A DNA stretch of 45,970 nt, taken from contig CAXXXF010000009.1 in the NCBI GenBank assembly GCA_963667175.2, positions 1 through 45,970 of the forward strand. The letters run 5' to 3'. Source of the DNA: Candidatus Latescibacterota bacterium (GTDB taxonomy: Bacteria > Latescibacterota > UBA2968 > GCA-2709665). Under the pieces are notes generated by a model. That model was not told the origin of the DNA. It made no database searches and was given only the letters and a program-made list of their open reading frames with translations. Of the stretch, positions 11,017 to 19,770 are shown one piece after another (positions within the stretch are counted from its first letter, which is position 1; every line of letters starts with the position of its first letter). The translations under genes were made by a program, and so were the position numbers.

Positions 11017-12153
11017 TTGAAAACGGCGTTCCTCATCCTCCTCCCGATCCTTGCCTGGGTTCAGGACGCCCGCGCGCAGCCGGACGACGTTTCCCGGTTC
11101 GAGAAGCTCTACCGGGGAGCACGGCTCCGATACAATCGCGTGGACGGCGCCTACCTGGGGTATCGCCTGTCCGTCCGCCGCAAAGATCGGCCGCGTCTCA
11201 CGGCTTTTGCGGAAAGTGGATACGGCACTGCCAGCGGCTCGATCCGTTGGGAAGCGGGCGTGGGCTACCAGGGCCCGGTAACCAGCCTGAACGTCGCTGT
11301 CTTCGACAGGTCCGACACGCCCGACCGGGGCATTGTCGGCGCCACCGAAAACAGCCTGCTCAGTCTCCTCTTCAAATGGGACCACCGCGACTACTTCCGT
11401 GCGAAGAACGGATTTGAAGCGAACGTCACCCTCAGGCCGAAACGGAGGCTCTCCGTCGTCGGGGGCCTGACCGCGTACCGCTGCGAACCCCTGCCGGTCA
11501 GGACCGCCTGGAGCCTCTTCTTCCCCGATCGCCCGTATCGGATCAACCCGCCTGCCCGGCGCGGCGACGTCGGCATGCTGTACGCCGGCGTCGTGGTCGA
11601 CACGCGCGTCAGGAGCCCGCTCTTCCGCAACGCCTGGCACGGACGAGTGCGCGTTGAGCGCGGCTTTCGGGACTTCGCCTTCCACGGGCTCACCCTGGAG
11701 GGCAAGCGCTACCAGAAGGTAAGGTTCGGCCGCCAGGGCCTGATTGTGCGGGCCCGGTTAAGCGCCCGCGCAAGCACGGCGCCGCAGTTTCTTTTCGGTC
11801 TGGGCGGCGTCGGCACCCTGCGCGGGTACGACATCAAGGAATTCACCGCCAACCGGCTGGTCCTGTTCAATCTCGAATACGCCTTTCGCGGCGACGTCCT
11901 TCCGAAAATCCCCTTCAAGGGATTTCGTCTGCTCAACCTCACCGTTTTCACGGATGCGGGATGGGCCGTGCTGGCGCCGGAATCCGCCGGTCTGACCGAA
12001 GGATTCGGAGACCTGGACCTCGCCTCCTTCAGGGCAAGTACCGGCCTCGGCATTGCGCTTCCGCGTCAGCTCCTCAGGCTGAACGTGGCCCGCCGGCTCG
12101 ACAGGGCCGATGCCGCATGGGGCCTCTCTCTCAGGCTCCGGTTCAGTCTCTGA
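11017..12153 (+). CDS. Outer-membrane beta-barrel protein, Omp85 barrel-like
   Basis: TTG start with signal peptide, RYNRVDG, GGVGTLRGY lid-like motif, C-terminal alternating hydrophobic strand. Confidence 0.65.
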   Translation: MKTAFLILLPILAWVQDARAQPDDVSRFEKLYRGARLRYNRVDGAYLGYRLSVRRKDRPRLTAFAESGYGTASGSIRWEAGVGYQGPVTSLNVAVFDRSDTPDRGIVGATENSLLSLLFKWDHRDYFRAKNGFEANVTLRPKRRLSVVGGLTAYRCEPLPVRTAWSLFFPDRPYRINPPARRGDVGMLYAGVVVDTRVRSPLFRNAWHGRVRVERGFRDFAFHGLTLEGKRYQKVRFGRQGLIVRARLSARASTAPQFLFGLGGVGTLRGYDIKEFTANRLVLFNLEYAFRGDVLPKIPFKGFRLLNLTVFTDAGWAVLAPESAGLTEGFGDLDLASFRASTGLGIALPRQLLRLNVARRLDRADAAWGLSLRLRFSL

Positions 12154-12189
12154 TTCAGCCCTCGGACCCGAGCGCATGAATGACAGAAA

Positions 12190-12219
12190 GCCCCGGAATC
12201 TCCCTCCGGGGCCCTTTTT
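12190..12219 (+). terminator. Intrinsic terminator between convergent genes
   Basis: GCCCCGGA-loop-TCCGGGGC stem followed by a T tract. Confidence 0.7.
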
Positions 12220-12313
12220 GTTCGCATGTCAGCGTCCGCACTTCAGCGGTCCGGCGATGTTCCGCCGCCGCCGCATGTGAAATCCGAGGACCGCGCGCCG
12301 GATGATCTCCGGA

Positions 12314-13588
12314 TTATGTGCCCTCCTGCCAGGAACTGAGATACCGCTCCTGGTCTGCGGTCAGCGAATCGATCTCCACGTCCATCGCCTCCAGCTGCAG
12401 CCGCGCGACCTCCCTGTCGATATCGTCGGGCAGCCGGTACACCCTCGGCTCCAGCTTATCGGCGTTCCTGATGCCGTATTCCACCCCAAGTGCCTGATCG
12501 CAGAACGACAGTGACATCACGGTGGACGGGTGCCCCTCCGCGCACGCCAGGTTCACGAGACGACCCTCGCCACAAAGGAACAGCGACCGCCCGTTCAGGT
12601 GATATTCGTGAAACAGAGGGCGCACTTCCTCCTTCTTTTCCGCCATCGTTTCCAGCCCGTCGACGTCAATCTCCAGGTCGAAGTGGCCGGCGTTGGCCAC
12701 CACCGCGCCGTCCTTCATGACCTTCATATGTTCCCTGCTCACGACGTGCTTGTTTCCGGTTACCGTGACGAACAGGTCGCCGATCCCGGCAGCGTGCGCC
12801 ATCGGCATCACCCGGAATCCGTCCATCCGAGCCTGCAGCGCCCGGAAGGGGTCCACTTCCGTGACAATGACCTCGGCTCCCAGCCCCCTCGCCCTCGAAG
12901 CCACGCCCTTTCCGCAACTTCCATAGCCGACGACGACGACCGCCTTGCCGCTGATCAGAAGGTTGGACGCCCGCACGACACCGTCCAGCGCGGACTGTCC
13001 CGTGCCGTAGAAATTGTCCATCAGGTGTTTGGTGTCGCAGTCGTTGACGGCAATGATGGGATACTTCAGAGCATTGTCCTTCTCCATCGCGCGCAGCCGG
13101 ATGATGCCCGTTGTGGTCTCTTCGCAGCCGCATACGATTCCCGGAATCTGATCCGGGTAATTCGTGTGCACCTCGTTGACCAGGTCGCAGCCGTCGTCGA
13201 TGGTCACGTGGGGCCGGGTCTCGATAACCGCGCGGAGGTACCGGTAGTAGTCCTCTCGGGATTCGCCCTTGTAGGCATAGACCGCAACGTCTTCGGCAGC
13301 GAGGGCCGCCGCCACGTCGTCCTGTGTGGAGAGCGGATTGCAGCCGGTGATCGACACGGTGGCGCCGCCGGCCCGCAACGTCCGCACGAGCACGGCCGTC
13401 TCTTTGGTGACGTGGAGCGCCATGCCGATCCGGTATCCGCTGAGCGGTTTTTCGCGTTCAAAACGTTCCCGTATCTTCAACAGCGCGCCCATCTGCTTCT
13501 CGGCCCATTCGATGTTTCTGAACCCCTGTTCCGCCAGACCGACGTCCTTTACCTCGTATCCCACGCCTTTCTCCTCTCGATCCACCAA
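12314..13588 (-). CDS. ahcY: Adenosylhomocysteinase (short type)
   Basis: CNPLSTQD, IDDGCDL, EETTTG, DNFYGTGQS, NAGHFD, GRLVNL..AEGHP. Confidence 0.97.
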   Translation of the reverse strand: MVDREEKGVGYEVKDVGLAEQGFRNIEWAEKQMGALLKIRERFEREKPLSGYRIGMALHVTKETAVLVRTLRAGGATVSITGCNPLSTQDDVAAALAAEDVAVYAYKGESREDYYRYLRAVIETRPHVTIDDGCDLVNEVHTNYPDQIPGIVCGCEETTTGIIRLRAMEKDNALKYPIIAVNDCDTKHLMDNFYGTGQSALDGVVRASNLLISGKAVVVVGYGSCGKGVASRARGLGAEVIVTEVDPFRALQARMDGFRVMPMAHAAGIGDLFVTVTGNKHVVSREHMKVMKDGAVVANAGHFDLEIDVDGLETMAEKKEEVRPLFHEYHLNGRSLFLCGEGRLVNLACAEGHPSTVMSLSFCDQALGVEYGIRNADKLEPRVYRLPDDIDREVARLQLEAMDVEIDSLTADQERYLSSWQEGT

Positions 13589-13591
13589 TGG

Positions 13592-14758
13592 CTACGCCAG
13601 TTTCCGCGCGGCAGCCTTAAGGGCTTCCGCCTTGTCCGTACGTTCCCAGGTAAACCCTTCCTCTTCCCGGCCGAAATGTCCGTAGGCGGCAGTGCGTTTA
13701 TACACCGGACGCAGCAGATTGAGAGACCGGATGATGCCGGCCGGCCGCAATTCGAAGTGCGAACGGATCAGCGTCGAAATATCGGCTTCGCCGATCGTAC
13801 CCGTACCGAACGTATCCACCACGATCGACACCGGCTCCGCCACCCCGATGGCGTAGGCCAGCTGCACCTCGCACCGGCTGGCGAGGCCGGCCTTCACCAC
13901 GTTCTTTGCGACGTAACGCGCGGCATAGTGCGCGCTCCGGTCGACCTTGCTGGGATCCTTTCCGGAGAATGCCCCGCCGCCGTGCCGTCCCACGCCGCCG
14001 TACGTATCCACGATGATCTTCCGGCCGGTCAACCCCGTGTCTCCGTGGGGTCCGCCAACCACAAATCGCCCGGTGGGGTTGACGTGATAGACCGTGTCGC
14101 CGTCGAGGTAACGCGCCGGGATGACCTCCTTGACGACGTGCTCGATCATATCGCGGCGGATTCGGCCGTGGCACACGTTCGGGTCGTGCTGCGTGGAAAT
14201 CACCACCGTGTGCACGCGCACGGGCGTGTCGTCCTCGTACTCCACGGTGACCTGCGACTTGCTGTCAGGGCGTAGATAGGGAAGCGTTCCGCTGTGGCGG
14301 AGCCCCGCCAGGGCCATCACCAGCTTATGGGACAGCATAATGGGCATCGGCATCAACTCGGGCGTCTCCCGGCAGGCGTACCCGAACATCATGCCCTGGT
14401 CGCCCGCGCCCTGCTCTTCGTGCAGGCCCTCGCCCTCCGTCACGCCCTGCGAGATGTCGGGCGACTGCGTATGCAGTGCGAGCAGCACGCCGCAGGAGTG
14501 GTGGTCGAATCCGTACGCCGAGTCCGTATATCCGATGCATCGAATAACGTCTCGCACAAGTTCCTGTATATCCACCCGGGCTTCCGTGGTCACCTCGCCC
14601 GATACGATCACCTGCCCCGTGGTCACCATGGTCTCGCACGCAACGCGCGACCGGGGGTCCTCTTCCAGCATTGCGTCCAGGACCGCATCGGAAATCTGAT
14701 CGCAGATCTTGTCCGGGTGGCCCTCGGAGACCGATTCTGAGGTAAATAAGCGCCGCAT
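13592..14758 (-). CDS. metK: S-adenosylmethionine synthetase
   Basis: [35 protein letters not shown]. Confidence 0.98.
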   Translation of the reverse strand: MRRLFTSESVSEGHPDKICDQISDAVLDAMLEEDPRSRVACETMVTTGQVIVSGEVTTEARVDIQELVRDVIRCIGYTDSAYGFDHHSCGVLLALHTQSPDISQGVTEGEGLHEEQGAGDQGMMFGYACRETPELMPMPIMLSHKLVMALAGLRHSGTLPYLRPDSKSQVTVEYEDDTPVRVHTVVISTQHDPNVCHGRIRRDMIEHVVKEVIPARYLDGDTVYHVNPTGRFVVGGPHGDTGLTGRKIIVDTYGGVGRHGGGAFSGKDPSKVDRSAHYAARYVAKNVVKAGLASRCEVQLAYAIGVAEPVSIVVDTFGTGTIGEADISTLIRSHFELRPAGIIRSLNLLRPVYKRTAAYGHFGREEEGFTWERTDKAEALKAAARKLA

Positions 14759-14889
14759 GAATGCCTCTTTTCCTGTCACAGGAATTCCGAAAATGCCCGC
14801 GATCTCGGGTGTACGCCCGTTTTATCGCTCAGAAGCTACTTAGAAAATAACCTTTCAGATTTCGAAGAATCCTGTTGTTTTTCTTTTAT

Positions 14890-16230
14890 TTAAGCAGCTT
14901 GTAGCGTAAGCGCAACGTTGTACCCCAACTTTTCCAGGCGATGGGAGAGCCGAGAGACAACGTCGTGTTTCTTGCGCTGATCGAAATAGTTGCTGCCCGG
15001 ATCTTGATAGGGTTGTGTGTGACAGGCCATATGATAGGCGGCTGTGAGAATGGAATGAGCCACTGCCACCAAGGCGCGTTTCTTGCCCCGTCGTGCGGCC
15101 AACCGACGATAGAGAGCGGACAGATAAGTGTCTTTGGTGCGCGAGGCCGCCCAGGCCGCCTGGACGAGGGCAAGACGCAACGCAGGATTGCCTTTGGTGG
15201 TGCGCCCCGATTGACGTTTCCCTGCGCTTTCATGGTTTCCAGGCGCTAAGCCGACCCAGGAGGCCAGATGCCGGTGGGTGGGGAAGCGGCCCATATCCAC
15301 GCCCATTTCGGCCACCATAACCTCGGCCACGGTCTGGTTGACGCCAGGAATCGTATCCCACAAGGCCATGGCCTGATTGGGAAGGAGCCGAGAAGCTTGC
15401 GCAGGCTTGGACGAGGCGGCGGTTGGTGACTGCGCAGGCTTGGGCGAACCGCCCGAAGGAGGCTGCGGGTCTTTTGGGGGCACACCCATCGCCTCAATGT
15501 GTTGAGCGATCTGGTCGGACAGCTGAGAAAGTTGTGTTTCCAGAAAGTCCAGATGCACCAGCAAGTGGCTCAACAAAAAGCGATGGTGGGGTCGGAAAAA
15601 GCCGGTCAGCGCCTGCTCTAGGTCGGCCTTCTTGTTGCGCAAGCGGCCCTTGGCCAACTCCGCTAACGCTGCTGGATCTTCCTGGCCTTGGATGAGCCCT
15701 TTTAGTATGGCCCGACCCGACACGCCCAGCGTATCGCTGGCCACACTGGACAGCTTGATGTTGGCGCCCTCCAAAGCCTTCTGCACCCGATTGATCACCC
15801 GGGTGCGCTCCTGCACCAATGTGGTGCGATACCGCGTCAGATCACGCAAATCCCGCTGGAGGGCAGGGGGGATAAAGCTCGCTTTGAGCAAGCCGTGTTG
15901 CAGCAGCCCGGCCAGCCACTCAGCATCCCGGACATCGGTCTTGCGTCCTGGCACCTGTTTGACGTGCTGCGCATTGACCAGCAAGACTTCAAAGTTGGCT
16001 TCCAGCACGTTGAAGATGGGCTTCCAATACTCGCCGGTGCTTTCCATCGCCACGTGGGTGCAGCCCCACTGAGAAAGCCAATCGCTCAACGCCAGCAACT
16101 GCCGGGTCATTGTGGAGAAGGTCTTTACCTCTCGCCGGCTCGGCTTTGACCCTTCGGCCTTCATCCGGCAGGCAACGACCGTCTTTTTGTGGACATCCAA
16201 ACCAGCGCAACAAGGGTAGATGACATGCAT
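14890..16230 (-). CDS. IS110-family DEDD recombinase/transposase
   Basis: GLDVHKK, AMESTG, KTDVRDA (DEDD), IPGV, HESAGK catalytic-serine region; RBS GGAGG upstream. Confidence 0.97.
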   Translation of the reverse strand: MHVIYPCCAGLDVHKKTVVACRMKAEGSKPSRREVKTFSTMTRQLLALSDWLSQWGCTHVAMESTGEYWKPIFNVLEANFEVLLVNAQHVKQVPGRKTDVRDAEWLAGLLQHGLLKASFIPPALQRDLRDLTRYRTTLVQERTRVINRVQKALEGANIKLSSVASDTLGVSGRAILKGLIQGQEDPAALAELAKGRLRNKKADLEQALTGFFRPHHRFLLSHLLVHLDFLETQLSQLSDQIAQHIEAMGVPPKDPQPPSGGSPKPAQSPTAASSKPAQASRLLPNQAMALWDTIPGVNQTVAEVMVAEMGVDMGRFPTHRHLASWVGLAPGNHESAGKRQSGRTTKGNPALRLALVQAAWAASRTKDTYLSALYRRLAARRGKKRALVAVAHSILTAAYHMACHTQPYQDPGSNYFDQRKKHDVVSRLSHRLEKLGYNVALTLQAA

Positions 16231-16487
16231 CGCAGGCCTCCTGTGTCTGATCCGGCTGGTCGGGTATCTGCTGGGATAAGAGTCTACTTGGCGGGCTCTC
16301 CCTTTACAGGGGGCGACAATAATGGATACCTCCAGATACCCAGGTCCAACTGTTTTTCAGGCTCATAGCACCATCTACAAAACGACCTTCGACCAGCCAA
16401 GGGTTATGGTGGCCAACAACCTACCACACAAGTCTGTTGACGCAACCATTTTCATCATTATGGGTGCCCCAAAGGGGCATGACAACT
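16231..16487 (-). ncRNA. Putative IS110 bridge RNA region
   Basis: Nested stems GGCTGGTC/GACCAGCC, GGTC/GACC and GGGTATCTG/CAGATACCC enclose two internal-loop hairpins. Located in the non-coding end upstream of the recombinase. Confidence 0.65.
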
Positions 16488-16681
16488 GTATTGAAATCAC
16501 TGGCGAGTTCCCGAGCGCGAGCGAAGAAGCGACGGTTATGAGGCGCGAGGGGCGCGCAACGCCGACGGGAAAGTCCGCCCATATCTAGAGATACGGGTGG
16601 ACTTGACCAACGCAGACCGGCGCTTTTGCAGCCGCCTGCCTTGCCTGCGGCAGCAGGCAGGCGCGAAGACCGCTGGGGATT

Positions 16682-18466
16682 TTAAGACAGCTTCTCGAGT
16701 CCGGCTGGCACTTTTTCCAGGTTGTCCTGTGTCTTCCGGGGTTGCACTTTCGCCAGCGCGGCGTACAGGTATTCCCGAATGGCGCCTCTGGTATGCAGGG
16801 CCAGCACCTCGTCAGCCAGCCCTCTCGCCTCTTCCATGGTGATCGACCGAATCGCCTGTTTGATCTCCGGAACCATACGCGGGCCGACGCTGAATCCATC
16901 GACTCCGAGCCCCATCAACAGAACGCAACTGTGCGGGTCGCCCGCCATCTCCCCGCAGACCGTTACCGGGATGCCGTGCCGGCGCCCTGCGGCCACCACC
17001 GACTTGATCAGGCGCAATACAGCGGGATGAAACGGATCGTACAGGTAGGCCACCCGCTCGTTGCCCCGGTCCACCGCGAGAGTGTACTGGACAAGATCGT
17101 TGGTGCCTATGCTGAAAAAACTCACCTCGCGCGCCAGCTGATCCGCCACCACGGCCGCGGAGGGCACCTCGATCACCGCGCCCACCTCGCAACCCTCGTC
17201 GAACGGCACGCCGGTCCGCTTCAGTTCGTCACGGGCGTCGCCCAGCACCGACTTGGCCTCCATCAGTTCTTCCACGCCCGATATCATCGGGAACATCAGC
17301 TTTACGTTTCCGTGTGCGCTGGATCGGAGGATGGAGCGCAACTGAATCCGGAACAGGTCTCTGTTGGCCAGGGAATGCCGGATGGCGCGCCAGCCCAGAA
17401 ACGGGTTGGTCTCTTCGTCGCCATGCGAGGCGTGCTCCAGCTTGTCTCCGCCCAGGTCCAGCGTGCGAACCACCAGCGGATGGGGCGCCATCTGTTCGGC
17501 AAGGCGTGTGTACGCCGCCGTCTGTTCGTCTTCGCCGGGCAGACTCGATCCGGCAAGGTAAAGGTATTCGGTACGAAACAGGCCGACCCCCTCAGCGCCA
17601 TACGCCAGTGCGGACCGTCCCTCTTCCGGCAATTCGATGTTTCCCTGGAGGCACACGCGAACGCCGTCCAGGGTTTCGGCGGGCACATTGGTGAACTTCA
17701 GCAACCCCTTCTGCAATTCCGTGAACCTGCTGGCTTCGGCGCGGTACCGGCCGAGCGTCTCCGAGTCGGGCCGGATATAGACCAGCCCGCGATTCCCGTC
17801 CACAACCGCGGTATCGCCCGGCTCGGCCGATGTCAGGGCCGCCTCGACACCCACCACCGCCGGAATCTCCAGCCCTCTCGCAATAATGGACGCATGCGAC
17901 GTTGCCGCGCCCGCTACGGTGACCACGCCCAGCACGCTGTCGCGCTTCATGCGGGCTGCCTGGGAGGGTGTCAGCTCGTGAGCGATCACGATTGCCGGGG
18001 CGGTCATCCCATCCAGCAACGGGTCTTCCCGCCGGCACAATCTCGCCAGCACCCGTTTCTCAACGTCCAGGATGTCAGCGCGCCTGGCCCTGAAATACTC
18101 GTCCTGGATCGCCTCGAATTGCCGGCGAACCTTCTGAAGGGTCAGCCAGAACGCATATTCCACGTTCACCCGATCCTTGCGGACCGAAGTCAGGGTGGGC
18201 CCCTGCAGGGCCGGGTCTTCCAGGATCGTCAGGTGTGCGTCGAATATCTGGGCGTGTTCCGGCCCCAGGTTCTCCTCGACCCGGGCGCGCGTGCCCTTCA
18301 GATCTTCCGCGACGGAAGCCAGCGCATCCTGAAACCGTCTCACCTCGCCCTCGACCTCATCGTCCGAGATGCGCCGGTAGTCCACCCACGGCTCTTCCGG
18401 GTCGTGAAGATAGACCGGACCGATGGCGATGCCATTCGACGCCTGGATGCCTTCCATTACCTTCAT
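16682..18466 (-). CDS. ptsI: PEP-protein phosphotransferase (PTS enzyme I)
   Basis: TSHASIIAR phospho-His, GVGLFRTE, RTLDLGGDK, NPFLGWRAIR, SIGTNDLVQY, CGEMAGD. Confidence 0.97.
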   Translation of the reverse strand: MKVMEGIQASNGIAIGPVYLHDPEEPWVDYRRISDDEVEGEVRRFQDALASVAEDLKGTRARVEENLGPEHAQIFDAHLTILEDPALQGPTLTSVRKDRVNVEYAFWLTLQKVRRQFEAIQDEYFRARRADILDVEKRVLARLCRREDPLLDGMTAPAIVIAHELTPSQAARMKRDSVLGVVTVAGAATSHASIIARGLEIPAVVGVEAALTSAEPGDTAVVDGNRGLVYIRPDSETLGRYRAEASRFTELQKGLLKFTNVPAETLDGVRVCLQGNIELPEEGRSALAYGAEGVGLFRTEYLYLAGSSLPGEDEQTAAYTRLAEQMAPHPLVVRTLDLGGDKLEHASHGDEETNPFLGWRAIRHSLANRDLFRIQLRSILRSSAHGNVKLMFPMISGVEELMEAKSVLGDARDELKRTGVPFDEGCEVGAVIEVPSAAVVADQLAREVSFFSIGTNDLVQYTLAVDRGNERVAYLYDPFHPAVLRLIKSVVAAGRRHGIPVTVCGEMAGDPHSCVLLMGLGVDGFSVGPRMVPEIKQAIRSITMEEARGLADEVLALHTRGAIREYLYAALAKVQPRKTQDNLEKVPAGLEKLS

Positions 18467-18558
18467 CGGTATGCAGCCCTTCGAGTGGGAGGGAATCCCG
18501 CGATGTCGTGCGGCGCGCCGGCCGGCGGATTCCGAATACCGGTTACCGGTGCGGAACG

Positions 18559-18819
18559 TCAATCGAATTCGCCCTCGATCATCCGCACGATTTCGTCCAG
18601 CGCTTCCTCTTCATCCGGCCCCGCGGCACGGACGCGAATTGTGGAGTCCGTCTCCGCGGCAAGCATCATCACGCCCATGATGCTCTTCCCGTTGACTTCG
18701 ATCCCATCCTTGATCAGGGTAATCTCCGATACAAACTTCGCGGCCGCCTGCACAAGAAGGGCCGACGGCCGCGCATGGATACCCAACCTGTTTTTCACCG
18801 TGGCTTGTCGTTCCGCCAT
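18559..18819 (-). CDS. ptsH: HPr phosphocarrier protein
   Basis: GIHARP (His15) and NGKSIMG (Ser46). Confidence 0.96.
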   Translation of the reverse strand: MAERQATVKNRLGIHARPSALLVQAAAKFVSEITLIKDGIEVNGKSIMGVMMLAAETDSTIRVRAAGPDEEEALDEIVRMIEGEFD

Positions 18820-18861
18820 AACCTGTTCGTATCGCTACGTTAGCCCATGCAGGAAGGCTAC

Positions 18862-18890
18862 AATCTATCTAAATCCCGCCGTCATGTCAA
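18862..18890 (-). promoter_or_regulatory. Sigma70-type promoter for ptsH-ptsI
   Basis: TTGACA-17 bp-TAGATT. Confidence 0.7.
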
Positions 18891-18952
18891 GCGCCGCCGA
18901 GTCTGTCCGGAACCGCCTCCACCCCCTTCATACCCCGCGGCCGCGCCGCAAG

Positions 18953-18980
18953 AAAAAACCGCCCGGCGCCTCCCGGGCGG
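18953..18980 (-). terminator. Intrinsic terminator after the GGGP synthase gene
   Basis: CCGCCCGG-loop-CCGGGCGG followed by a T run on the minus strand. Confidence 0.75.
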
Positions 18981-19013
18981 CTGAAACCTCCCTGTACTCC
19001 GGCCGGCGGATTC

Positions 19014-19760
19014 CTACCCTCCGTGTACGGCGCCGGCAAACTCGCGCACCAGCGCCGGGTCCCGTCGGGCTTCCAGAATGCTGCCCACCACGACAAAGTC
19101 GGCGCCGGCCGCCGCTTTCGCCCCGGCATCGCCAGGTTTCCGGATGCCCCCCCCGGCAATCACCGGTATCGCGACGTTTTCCGCGACTGCGGATATCATG
19201 TCGTCGGACACCATCCGCTCCGCCCCGCTGCCCGCATCCATATAGACGCACTGCATCCCCAGATACTGGGCGGCCAGGGCGTGCGCGGTCGCAATCTCCG
19301 GCTTGTCTCCGGGCATCGGTTTGGTGTTGCTGATAAACTCCGCCGTGGTCTGTCGCCCGGAATCCACCAGCATATAGCCGGTTGAAATCGTCTCCAGGCC
19401 GTATGCCCTGACAATGGGCGCCGCTTTCACCTGCTGCCCGATCAGCAGGTCCGGATTGCGCCCGCTGATCATGCACAGAAAGAGTATGGCGTCTGCGGCC
19501 GACGAGACCTGGTTCATATCGGGACCGGGAAAAATCAGCACCGGAATTCCGATCGCGCGTTTGACCTCTCTGACCACCCGGTCGAAATCGGTGTAGAGCA
19601 GAAAGCTGCCGCCAAGCAGGAGGGCGTCGGCGCCGTTTTCGGCGCACGTCGCGGCCGCATGGACCACGTCCTGCTTGTCCATCCGGTCGGGATCCAGAAG
19701 GCACAGAAAGCCCGTGCCCCGCCGTCTGAGAACCGCTTTAAGGTGGTCGTAGGTCGACAT
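19014..19760 (-). CDS. Geranylgeranylglyceryl/heptaprenylglyceryl phosphate synthase (group II-like)
   Basis: LLDPD, LLGGS, IFPG, MISGRNP, GYMLVDSG, YMDAGSGA, GGGIR, VVGS. Confidence 0.9.
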   Translation of the reverse strand: MSTYDHLKAVLRRRGTGFLCLLDPDRMDKQDVVHAAATCAENGADALLLGGSFLLYTDFDRVVREVKRAIGIPVLIFPGPDMNQVSSAADAILFLCMISGRNPDLLIGQQVKAAPIVRAYGLETISTGYMLVDSGRQTTAEFISNTKPMPGDKPEIATAHALAAQYLGMQCVYMDAGSGAERMVSDDMISAVAENVAIPVIAGGGIRKPGDAGAKAAAGADFVVVGSILEARRDPALVREFAGAVHGG

Positions 19761-19770
19761 GAGTTCTGAC

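Larger units (their letters stand above)
14836..16487 (-). mobile_element. IS110-family insertion sequence, bounded by CT core dinucleotides
   Basis: No TIRs; CT at 14836-14837 and 16486-16487; ~255 nt structured non-coding leader; AT-richer composition than the flanks. Confidence 0.85.
14831..16695. mobile_element. MITE family B (~215 bp when the IS110 is removed), interrupted inside its left TIR
   Basis: Removing the IS110 at the CT core rebuilds AGAAGCTGTATTGAAATC, an imperfect inverted repeat of GATTTAAGACAGCTTCT (16679-16695). CTC occurs at both flanks. Internal hairpin AAGTCCGCCCATATCT...AGATACGGGTGGACTT. Confidence 0.75.

Noticed and set aside
14759-14835. SAM riboswitch upstream of metK
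   Set aside because: No recognisable SAM riboswitch consensus; the nearby structured DNA is explained by the MITE and IS110.
14872-14875. Alternative IS110 end using a CTGT repeat (14872-14875 / 16486-16489)
   Set aside because: The CT boundary at 14836 rebuilds the MITE TIR and the ancestral ptsI stop; this one does not.
16742-19333. Long opposite-strand ORFs (863 aa here; also 12530..14275, 26300..27883, 8185..9783)
   Set aside because: Antisense shadows of well-supported genes in GC-rich DNA, with no recognisable motifs.
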